The position numbers were made by a program, and so were the translations under genes. Source: Macrostomum lignano (lineage: Eukaryota). From it: 64,000 nt of DNA. Of this stretch, positions 1-12,000 are shown piece by piece (the stretch's first letter is position 1; every line of letters starts with the position of its first letter). The stretch covers positions 1 through 64,000 of the forward strand of contig NIVC01002110.1 of NCBI GenBank assembly GCA_002269645.1, given 5' to 3'. The notes beneath the pieces are model-generated. The model saw only the letters and a program-made list of their open reading frames with translations. It made no database searches and was not told where the DNA came from.

Positions 1-3000
1 TTGCACCTTGCCGTTGCGGAACTGGCTTAGCAATTCCGATTGGCTTGTTTGGGTGATGCCGCCCTGGAGTGACGGTGGCGGCTAGTGAGCTGGCGTCTCC
101 CCTACTGTCTCACCATTGCTCCCTCTCGTCTCACCATTGCCCCCCTACTGTCTCACCATCGCCCCCTACTGTCTCACCATTGCCCCTACCGTCTCACCAT
201 TGCCCCCTACTGTCTCATCATTGCCCCCTACTGTCTCATCATTGCCCCCTACTGTCTCATCATTACCCCCTACTGTCTCACCATTGCCCCCTACTGTCTC
301 ATAATTGCCCCTACTGTCTCACCATTGCCCCCTACTGTCTCACCATTGCCCCCTCCTGTCTCACTATTGCCCCCCCCCTACTGTCTCACCATTGCCCCCT
401 ACTGTCTCACCATTGCCCCTACTGTCTCACCATTGCCCTACTATCTCACCATTGCCCCCTACTGTCTCATCATTGCCCCCCCCTGTCTCACCATTGCCCC
501 TCCTGTCTCACTATTGCCCCCCTACTGTCTCACCATTGCCCCCTACTGTCTCACCATTGCCCCCCTACTGTCTCACCATTGCCCCTACTGTCTCATCATT
601 GCCCCCCTACTGTCTCATCATTTCCCTCCCTACTGTCTCATCATTGCCCCCCCCTACTGTCTCATCATTGCCCCTCTACTGTCTCATCATTGCCCCCTAC
701 TGTCTCATCATTGCTCCCTACTGTCTCATCATTGCCCCCCCTTCTGTCTCATCATTGCCCCCCCTACTGTCTCCAAAAATACTAAATAAACTTCAAAAAG
801 CGACGCTCACTGAGTCCCCAGAAGCATTGGCGCCGGTTATGCCGATTTAAGCCGTACTCAGCTCGAAACAGCTTTTCCAGTAAAGCAGCTGCTGAACAAC
901 GCCCTGGAGTCCGGCTGGCGCTGGAACTGTTCGGCCAGGATCTGGCGCAGCTGATTCAGCGCTGGGCTGCAGCTGGCGGCGCTCAAGTTGCTGGCGCAGT
1001 AATCGCGCATCTGCGGCAGCAGGCGGCTCTGGAGGAGGTCGCGAAGTTCGGCGTCCGCGGACAGGTTGGGTCTCTGTGGAGCGCGGAGATGAGGCTTATA
1101 CGAGTATTATAGTGATGAAGCTGCTCTGATGCCTGAGGATCTCGGAGTCTGTCATCCCAATTCTGAGGATCTGTGGGAGTCTGTCATCCCAATTCTGAGG
1201 ATCTGTGGGCCTGTCATCTCAAATTCTGAGGATCTGTGGGCCTGTCATCTCAAATTCTGAGGATCTGTGGGCCTGTCATCTCAAATTCTGAGAATCTGTG
1301 GGCCTGTCATCTCAAATTCTGAGGATCTGTGGGCCTGTCATCCCAATTCTGAGGATCTGTGGGAGTCAAGTCATCCCAATTCTGAGGATCTGTGGGAGTC
1401 AAGTCAAACCCGAAACCCAAAGATAATCATAGCCCCACCTGCTAAGCACATTGGGATCGCACAGGTGCTCCTTAATATATTTCACAGCATCGTTGCTGCG
1501 GAACAGGCTCCATAGCAAGGTGGCCACATTGCAGTGGTGCAGCCGGACCCAAACTGCGGCTACTTCAACACTGCGAGCGACCAGTTTTGAGCGAAGTTCG
1601 CCGCCAGAAATTCGTATAGAGAAAACTGCTGCGCGCTGGGGGAGTCGGCGCTTGCAGCCTCAGCTTCTCGCATGCGGTTGCTAGGCCCTGAAATTGCATG
1701 TACATCCTATCTATACTATATAGTAATTTAGTTTGTTAAATAAATAAAGTAAACAGGAAACTTAAAATGTTTATTAAGTTGTTAGTGAATTAGAGTAGAG
1801 ATAAAAAATGGGTTGAAAATTTAAGGAGGGTATGGAGGGGAAAGGAGGAGAGGGTATGGTGGTGTTGTAACCCGGGTCGGCTTGGGTACCCAGTCCCGAG
1901 TACAATATATATTATATGTGATATAACAGGTGTTGTGACGCTCTGTCTGTACTTTTATGAATACGACGAGCAGGCGTGGCGACGCTCTGCGATAATAATT
2001 CGATCCCTCTGGTGTTGTGACACTCAGAGTTCACGCTGCGGCTCGAGGTGTGGTGACACTCTCGAGTGCTTCTATTCTCTATACCGTAGGGCGTACGCAA
2101 TATATATGGTAAACGGTACCGTACTACAGAAGCTATATGGTCTCCCGGCGTTATGACGCTCTGGCAAGAATCGGCCTAGCAAGCTTCCCGGAAAGAAAGG
2201 ACTCAAACAGCAGGCGGCTTACCAGTGGCCAGATGACTGTTCACCGTTTATTATTCGCAGGTCTCAAGCGCAGTTTCCGACTTCTTCTTAATTCTCCAAG
2301 ACTCTTCTCAATTAGGCTATTGTGTTTCTTTTATCCAAGTAGCTAATGTTGCTGTTTCTTTTATCGAAGTAGCTAATGTTGCTGTTTCTTTATCAGGTCT
2401 CGCGCTTGCACTCTCGGAGCACACCAAAACACAAAAAGCACGCAGGAGGCGGCAAGAGCCAGAGTCGCACCATAAATAGCACCCAAACCCTGGGGCAGAC
2501 GGCCCCACCGGCTAAGCTCACCAAAACAAACCACGCCGGCCCAGCCAATCAAAACCCCGCCTAAGGGGGAGGGGCTGCACCCGCGCCAAAGCTGGCCCGG
2601 CCGCAGCCAACCAGCCCTGAGCACGGGGCAGGGGCACGGCTGGGGAGGGGCACGCGCAAAGCCCGGCCGGGGCCAGACCCTGCCACGCCCGCCAACCCCC
2701 CCAACCAGCCCCAAAGTGCAACGCGCCCTGCCAACTGACAAGGGCGCATGCACTACACCCTCCCCTCCTACAAAAAAACAGGGCGGAGCTCGAACCACGG
2801 CGACTGGGATTCCAAATTTTTTAAATAACAAAGCAAAAAAAATCAAAAACAACAAAAAAAATTGGGAACAAACTAATGCAACAGGGAAAAGCAAAAAAAA
2901 AGGTTGCCGCAAGAGAAATATGAAAAAGGTACTAGTATTCTGCACGCGAGTTCGTCAGGAGCAACCACGGGGCACGGAATAGGCTTTCAAAGCTGGCGGC

Positions 3001-6000
3001 ACAGAAAACCATCGCAGGCGGCCGGCAGGACGAGCAGATGGCCGGGCGGGACGCGCAGGTTGCCGACAGGACGCGCAGATGGCCGGGCAGGAAGCGCAGG
3101 TTGCCGACAGGACGCGCAGATGGCCGACAGGGCACGCAGGTTGCCGACAGGACGCGCAGATGGCCGACAGGAAGCGCAGGTTGCCGACAGGACGCGCAGA
3201 TGGCCGACAGGGCACGCAGGTTGCCGACAGGACGCGCAGATGGCCGACAGGGCACGCAGGTGGCCGGCAAGACGCGAAGGCGGCCGGGCGAGGCGCGCAG
3301 ATGGCCGGGCGGGAAGCGCACGTGGCCGCCGCAGAAGCCGGCAGGAAGCGCAGGTGGCCGCCGCAGAAGCCGGCAGGAAGCGCAGGTGGCCGCCGCAGAA
3401 GCCGGCAGGAAGCGCACGTGGCCGCCGCACAGCTGCTGAGCCATTCCCCCAGGAAGCTTGACCCCACTAGCATGCAAATAAACCCATACAGTACGAGCGT
3501 AACAACATACATACAAGTAAGCAGAAAATACAGTATGAATCGGAACTGGGCACCCAGCGAACCCGAAGTCCAGGGAGACCGACGCAGCTTTTCAGGACCT
3601 CGAGCAGCCTGCCGGGCCGGCGCAAACCGAACAGCGGGATGAGCTCGTGACAGAGCTGTCGGACGAAACAATCAAAACTCTGCCTAGACCAGTAACGGCG
3701 GCCTGCTCTCTGACGCTTTACCGGAGCGATATCTCTGCGGATGAAGAACAACGCCTGCAGCAGGACCATTGACAGTGCGCTCCTCGGTTCTCGCTGCGAG
3801 TCTCGAAACAGCCGTCTCATAGCCGTGAGCACTGACACGATTCCGTCCGACTGTCCAGCCAAAATATGCTTCATCAAACGATGGCGGAGCTGACGCGCAG
3901 CTGCCGATAACGACAGCTTTTCATCATCCCATATTGCTCCCGACGCGCGATGTGAGACAACCTCCTTGCTTTCCGGTACATCGATCTCCATAGCTTCTGA
4001 CTCACTACTTCCGGAGGAGCCATCCGATGCCAGCAACTCGTCTTCTTCTTCTGTGTCGATGCTACACTCATCCGACTCCTCGCTCTCATCGTCGTCCGAG
4101 ATTAGAATGTAGCCATCCGCTTCGTAATCGTTCCTCTGTCCCTGTCTCCCCTGCCTGAGACCAGCTTCCTTGCGCTGAGCTTCTTCAACTTCTCGCCTTT
4201 GCTGTACTCCCTCTTCGATGTCCGCCGGCATTCTTACACCAGTAGGAGGTATGAACGTCATTGCGAAGGTTACAGCCTCGTCATACGGGATTGATTTATC
4301 GCCCAACTGGTCGTACATCGCTCGGCGATATGGACACGATAGAATTCTACCAGCAGTCTCAATTTCTTGGAAACGGCGTCCTGCGAGTTCCTTGTCCGGG
4401 TGCTTGTCCGGGTGCCAGAAGAGCGCTAGCTGTCGATAGACTCGCCTGATCTCGGCACGTTCGGCTGTGTGTCCGACTTGGAGGACAGCGTACAAATCCA
4501 TCTGCAAAGCAACGTACTCAAACCTGCGACACACTGTCCCTGACTCCAGATTCTACTCCTGCTCCCCTCTTGCCAGAGCGTCATCTCCTCGGACCGTGGC
4601 CCGCGGTACCCTGCATCGTAAAGTCCCAGCGCAAATTCGAGTTGTCACCGGATGCCAGTCCGAATACCCTCCACCGATGCATAGATTTTGTAGGCAAAAT
4701 TTGATTCTCGTCAAAACTTCGATGAAGATGCGATTAAAATGACTTAATGACGCATTAACGAATTTCTTGAATGACGCATTGGCGAACTGCTCGTACTCAT
4801 GATGAATGATGCATTGATGAAGTACTCGTATTTATGATGAATGACGCATTCGCGAAATATTTTTCTGGCTTTTAACGATAATCGCATATGAAACTGATGA
4901 GACTTCACGATGACGAGTAACCCATTAGAATGTCACTGGCTGGCCGTAGCGATCCGGCGGCCGTCGCAACCTTCCGGACCTTCGAGGCTCAGGTGCAGCT
5001 TCCACCGGGTTATGAGTAGGCTGCGGGTCGTCAACCAACTCCATCTGCTCTTCCAGCACCTCGGCGACTTCCTCGGCGTCCTGTGGCGGCATCAGTTGAG
5101 GCCGAGTCCAAGTCTCGCATTCCGCCTCTGTCTCCGAGTCCGTCTCGTCGACCACCTCCGGCGGTGCCGCGGTCCTAACTGGTGTTTCCAGGGCGGCCGG
5201 TCGAGCGAACTTCCGGAGGTTGTTGAAGTGGACGAACTTCGACTTTTTACGATTTGACGGGTTTTCCACTTTGAAGAGCACCTCGGATCTTCTTTCGAGC
5301 ACCTTCACTGGGCCGAGCCAGCTTACGTGAAACTTTGCGGCTTCGTCTGGTTTCAGGGCGGGGCTGTAGACGAAGACATGGTCACCCTCCTGAATATCGG
5401 ATCCTCGGGTTCTTTTATCGTACTGGTCCTTCTGTCGCCGCTGATAAGTATTCAACTGCTGTCGAGCAGCGCGATGAGCTGTCTGCAATTTGTCTTCTAG
5501 CTCCTTGACGAAATTTACATGCGAATCGACAGGCTGTGGCGGCTGGTCAGTCAAGTCTATCGGTAGGCGCATCTCCGTGCCATAGACCATGTAGTGGGGA
5601 GTATAACCCGTTGCTCGATGCACGCTTGATCGGTACGCCATTAACGCAGAGCTGACGAATTCTTCCCAGTCGTTTCGTCCTGAGTCCTCTAGGCAGCACT
5701 TGAGGATGGATTTTAAACTTTTATTGAAGTTTTCTACTTGTCCATTTCCGCTCGGATGATAAGCTGTGTTCTGGACTTGCGGATCTCGAGTATCCTGCAC
5801 ATTTCGCGCATCACTTGCGATTCGAAGTTCCTTCCTTGGTCACTGTGCAAAGTACTCGGACATCCATGCTGGCTAATCCATCGATTGAAAAGCGCCCTTG
5901 CCACCGTCCTTGCCTTCTGGTTGCGAAGCGGGTACGCGTCAGGCCACTTCGTAAACGAATCTTGGACTGTCAGGAGATAAATGTTTCCAGCCTTACTCCG

Positions 6001-9000
6001 CGGTAGCGGCCCGACAATGTCCATCATGACGCAATCGAATGGTGCTGCGAATGTCAACGGTTGCAGGGGTGCTCGGTTTCGCTTGCCCGGCTTTGACTTG
6101 CAGCAGGTGGCACAACCGCGAATATATTCTTCAATGGCACGAGACAATCCTGGACGCCAGTAGCGCTGAAGCACTTTAAATTTTGTCTTCGCAAAGCCCA
6201 TGTGGCCACCTCCCACTCCCTCGTGTAGGGTTTTCAAGATACGATCCAATGCCTTTCGTGGCAGCACCATTTGATACTCATCGCGCCTGTCTTTGTTTCT
6301 CACAAGGAGCACGTTCTCTTGCAGCACCAGGTCGTCTTTTCGAGTCCAGACGGCTCTAGCCAGTGGACTCCAAGCTGTCTCGCTTTTATCTGGAACTGGG
6401 TTTGAGCCAAGCGCTTCCTTTACTGTTCTCAAATCGTCGTCTTGATCCTGCTCGCTTGCCAGATTGCCGGCTGAGAATCGTTCAAATTCGACTGCATTTA
6501 GTCCTTCTGGATGCTGCGCACATGCCGGGCATGTCTCCGCTCCGAAATGTCTCCGTACTGGCTTCCTCGACATTGCGTCCGCGTTGCCATGCGATCGACC
6601 TGGTCTGTGAACGATGCGGTACTGAAATGGAGCCAACTTCTCCAACCAGCGAGCAACCTGTCCCTCGGCGTCACTGAAGTTTTTTAACCATTGCAGGCTG
6701 CTGTGGTCCGTTCGCAGACAGAACGCTTTTCCAGCAGATAGTATCTGAACTTCATGATGAAAGTCACAACCGCTAGTAGTTCTAAACGAGTCGTACAATA
6801 GTTGCGTTCGGCTTGATTTAGTGTCTTGGACCCATAGGCGATCACTCGTTCTGCTCCATCTGGCTGGACTTGAGAAAGTACCGCTCCTATGCCCATCTTC
6901 GAACTGCCATCAGTATCGAGGATAAACTCTCCGGCATCCGGGGAGAAATCCGGATGAGCCATAACCTCTGAACTTGTCATTCGTTCCTTCAATGTTTCGA
7001 ACGCCAGCTGCTGTTCCGTTTTCCATTCAAACTTTGCGTCTTTTGTTGTCAACGAGTTAGAGGCGCTGCTATTGCGGCGAAATCTTTAATAAACTTTCTG
7101 TAATAGCCACACAGGCCCAAGAATGAATGCAGCTCCGTCGAGGATCGCGGTGTTGGCCAGTTCTTCACTTCTTGAACTTTCTCCTCATCGGTACTGATGC
7201 CAGCAGCCGACAGCGTGTGACCGAGAAATTTCACTTGCTTTTGCAAAAAGTGACACTTCTGGGGCTTCAGGCACAAATTTGCTTGCCGCAACTTGCTGAA
7301 TATTTCCTCCAGTCTTCTCAGGTGTTCATCCACGTCGGTTGACCAAACCAGTAGATCGTCGATGTAGACGAGACAGGTTTTCCACATCTGCTTGTCCAAA
7401 ACGGCTGCCATCAACCTGGTGAATGTTGCTGGGCTGTTCACTAAGCCGAACGGCATAACCTTCCATCGAAATTGTCCGCGATGCGGCACTGCAAACGCCG
7501 TCTTGTCCTGATCCTGAGGTCTCACCCCTACTTGCCAAAACCCGCTGTGAAGGTCCATTGTCGAGAAGATCTTGGCGCCGTGTACTGCCTCCAGCGCATC
7601 ATCGACCCTCGGCATCGGCACTGCATCCTTGACGGTGACCTCATTCAACTTCCGATAATCGACGCACATCCTCATTTCCCCTGATTTCTTCTTTACGCAC
7701 ACCAAAGGAAAGCACCATGGTGACTGTGCTTCTTCGATCTGCCCCTTTTCCAGCAACTCGTTGACTTGACGATCTACTTCTGGCTGTAAGTGGGGAGGCA
7801 GACGACGCGGTGGGATCTTGATTGGGCGCGCATTCTCGGTGTTAATTTCATGCTCCACCACGGTAGTTAACTTGCTTGAAGTCTGCTTGGTCGTGAACAC
7901 ATCGCCGTAACTCCGGACAAGGATTCTAAATTCTTCGTCTTCTTTCGTCGACAGTCCACAGTCGCCGTACGAGTTTGGTAGCAAGTCTGCTTCCGAAGGG
8001 CTGTCGCTGCCTTGGAACTTCGGCTCTTCCTGTGGATCGTCTCCTGACTCTACGGCTAAGAGCTTGATGGTGTTCAACGGTTCGGTGGATTCTAGGGGGC
8101 AGAACCACCCGAGCGTACAACCTTGGCGAATTCTGACTGGCTCCTCCGTGATATTGATGAGTCGAGTCGGCAGACGGCTGCCGCTATTTGGGATCACTAA
8201 GGCCTTAGCAAGCCAGCGGCCAGCTGCCAAATCGTTCGCCCCGAGATTCTCAGTTAGACCGACACACCCTCTGTTCCGTCGTCCTTTGCTCTCCAGCCTT
8301 GCTGACAGAACTGCTTGATGACCTGGCGGTATTGTGCTGGACCTTGTCGCCAAAATTCTGCAAACGATCGGGCGCTCAGCTTGCCATCGGAACGGGATTG
8401 CAGTGTCCTGCACTGAAAAGACAGCTGTCTTGTAGTCGATGACGCAACTGTTGTCCCTGCAGAAGTCGGATCCCAATACCAGTTGGTACTTCACTCCGCT
8501 GACTACCAAGGCTGGAGTATCTATTACTTTATCAGCGATTGACAGTCGCAACAGGACTGTCCTCTCGATTTCGATCGGGCTGCCGTTTGCTAAGCTAACG
8601 TAGCCTTCAGCACCGGCCAAATCTCTGACGCTCTGTTTCGGCATACTTTGGTAAGCTTCCCGTGAGATAATGGTGCAGGAAGCTCCCGAGTCCACTAGCG
8701 CGTTCACCCTCCGCCCTGCGATTGAGGCCGTAACATATATCGACGCAGGATTGATTTGAATTGACTGAGGTGCGTTGACGGTGATTGGGCGCTGCGACTG
8801 TGCAAAACCGGCTAGTTGATGGTGAGGTGCAGTACCGGACGCTGGGGGCTGATGAGGCACTGTACCGGACACTGGAGGCTGATGAGACGCTGTACCGGAC
8901 ACTGGAGGCTGATGAGACGCAGTACCGGACACTAGAGGCTGATGAGACGCAGTACCGGACACTGGATGCTGATGAGACGCAGTACCGGACACTGGATGCT

Positions 9001-12000
9001 GATGAGACGCAGTACCGGACACTGGATGCTGATGAGATACTGTACCGGACACTGGAGGCTGATGAGACGCAGTACCGGACACTGGATGCTGATGAGATAC
9101 TGTACCGGACACTGGAGGCTGATGAGACGCAGTACCGGACACTGGAGGCTGATGAGACGCTGTACCGGACACTGGATGCTGATGAGGCGCAGTACCGGAC
9201 ACTGGAGGCTGATGAGACGCAGTACCGGACACTGGATGCTGATGAGATACTGTACCGGACACTGGAGGCTGATGAGACGCAGTACCGGACACTGGATGCT
9301 GATGAGATACTGTACCGGACACTGGGGGCTGATGAGGCACTGTACCGGACACTGGATGCTGATGAGACGCAGTACCGGACACTGGATGCTGATGAGGCGC
9401 AGTACCGGACACTGGATGCTGATGAGGCGCAGTACCGGACACTGGATGCTGATGAGGTACTGTACCGAACACTGGATGCTGATGAGACGCAGTACCGGAC
9501 ACTGGAGGCTGATGAGACGCTGTACCGGACACTGGATGCTGATGAGGCGCAGTACCGGACACTGGATGCTGATGAGACGCAGTACCGGACACTGGAGGCT
9601 GATGAGACGCTGTACCGGACACTGGATGCTGATGAGGCGCAGTACCGGACACTGGATGCTGATGAGCCGCAGTACCGGACACTGGATGCTGATGAGGTAC
9701 TGTACCGGACACTGGAGGCTGACGAGACGCAGTACCGGACACTGGAGGCTGATGAAGCGCGGTACCGGACACTGGATGCTGATGAGGCGCAGTACCGGAC
9801 GCTGGAGGCTGATGAGGCGCAGTACCGGACACTGGATTCTGATGAGGCGCAGTACCGGACACTGGAGGCTGATGAGATGCGGTACCGGGCGTTTGATGAT
9901 GATGAGATGAGATGACGGCTTGTTCGGAGGCTGACGAATTGCAGGGGCTCACTTGCCTCCAGCTGGTGGGCCCCTCTTGCCTTTTCCCGGCTTTGGGCAC
10001 TGGAATGAGAGATGGCCTATCTCCCCGCAGTTGTAGCACTTGACACCACTACGCTGCTTCGAGCTGGACGGAGCCGCCTGCTTGGATTGTTGCTTGTCTT
10101 GAAGGCCGGGTTCGGGCGGCTCCTGCTGGCCCTGCTGCATCTGCTCCATCCGTCGGATCTTTTCTTCCATTTTCTTTACTTTTTGACGCAGTTGGCGTAG
10201 CTCCTCGTCTTTGCCGGTGTCACCTGTCGACGTTTCGGTGGCAAAGGCATTCAGCCCAGCCCTGGGTCTGGCTTTGGACTGGGTCGAAGACGCCTTCTGG
10301 GCTGCTTCAAGTTGTCTTACTGTTCGAATGGCATCGGTGAGGTTGGCCCGCTGCTGCAGGTACAGTCTTTCTCGGACAGTGTCGGTTACTCGAACGCCTT
10401 TTAGAAATCTGTCTTTCGCCAGCTCTGTCCTGGTGTCGGCATCCGCGGTGGGGAAGGCATTGCGCACCAACTCCAGCAGCTCGTCCCCGTAGGTCTCCAC
10501 AGACTCCTTGTCTAGCTGATCTCGATTCGATAATTCAAAACGGTAGTCCTGGGCTGTTCTGTTCATGGTGAACCGCGCCAGTAGTGCATCCGTGAATTCC
10601 CCGTACTCGATGTCGTCTGCCAAGTCCAGCTTATCAACGGCAGCGTAGGCTGTTGTGAGGTCGAGTAGGCCGATCAGGTGCGGCCGCCTGGCTTCTTCTT
10701 CTATACCGACAGCCTCGCAGTACTCGTTGAAACTCTGCAGCCATAGGCTGAAATTCATCGTTGGTATGTACTTGGGCGGCTTCGAGAGTCGTGGCGCTGC
10801 TCGGTCGGCGTTGGCTCTGAGGCGCGCAGCCAGCGCATCGATCAGTTGGTCCATAGCTTGATCACCCATGGCCGAAGTCACTGAATACCGTTGCTACTCT
10901 TTACTCTGAGGTGGTGATAGCTATCGATCTCTGATAACCAATCAGTTGTCTGTCACCGTGATCAATGTCTTTTGTGGTAGGGCAATAGCCGCAAGCGATA
11001 AGCAACAGTCGTTTTAATAAGAAAAAACGCTCACAATATGACAGCAATTTTCATAGAAAGCAACTGAGCCGACTTTCAATCTTTGGGGACAGGGTCCCTG
11101 TTCGGGCGCCAATTTGTTGTAACCCGGGTCGGCTTGGGTGCCCAGTCCCGAGTACAATATATATTATATGTGATATAACAGGTGTTGTGACGCTCTGTCT
11201 GTACTTTTATGAGTACGACGAGCAGGCGTGGCGACGCTCTGCGATAATAATTCGATCCCTCTGGTGTTGTGACACTCAGAGTTCACGCTGCGGCTCGAGG
11301 TGTGGTGACACTCTCGAGTGCTTCTATTCTCTATACCGTAGGGCGTACGCAATATATATGGTAAACGGTACCGTACTACAGAAGCTATATGGTCTCCCGG
11401 CGTTATGACGCTCTGGCAAGAATACGGCCTAGCAAGCTTCCCGGAAAGAAAGGACTCAAACAGCAGGCGGCTTACCAGTGGCCAGATGACTGTTCACCGT
11501 TTATTATTCGCAGGTCTCAAGCGCAGTTTCCGACTTCTTCTTAATTCTCCAAGACTCTTCTCAATTAGGCTATTGTGTTTCTTTTATCCAAGTAGCTAAT
11601 GTTGCTGTTTCTTTTATCGAAGTAGCTAATGTTGCTGTTTCTTTTATCAGGTCTCGCGCTTGCACTCTCGGAGCACACCAAAACACAAAAAGCACGCAGG
11701 AGGCGGGCAAGAGCCAGAGTCGCACCATAAATAGCACCCAAACCCTGGGGCAGACGGCCCCACCGGCTAAGCTCACCAAAACAAACCACGCCGGCCCAGC
11801 CAATCAAAACCCCGCCTAAGGGGGGAGGGGCTGCACCCGCGCCAAAGCTGGCCCGGCCGCAGCCAACCAGCCCTGAGCACGGGGCAGGGGCACGGCTGGG
11901 GAGGGGCACGCGCAAAGCCGGCCGGGGCCAGACCCTGCCACGCCCGCCAACCCCCCAACCAGCCCCAAAGTGCAACGCGCCCTGCCAACTGACAAGGGCG

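Noticed and set aside
69-850. Long ORFs in several frames (PLLSHHC / YCLTIAP)
   Set aside because: Translations of a stop-free intronic minisatellite lying between two RLR exons.
2373-3671. Overlapping ORFs with hydrophobic stretches that might be an env
   Set aside because: They derive from the GC-rich array and T-rich UTR; no signal peptide, furin site or fusion peptide seen. The hydrophobic tail of the J-ORF may have the same compositional origin.
3600-4200. LxCxE Rb-binding motif in the J-domain protein (T-antigen analogy)
   Set aside because: Closest strings are SDECS and QLCHE; neither fits LxCxE.
8785-9915. 376-aa plus-strand ORF (YRTLDADETQ)n as an antisense gene
   Set aside because: Simply the reverse strand of the 30-bp pol array; it has no unique sequence beyond the repeat.
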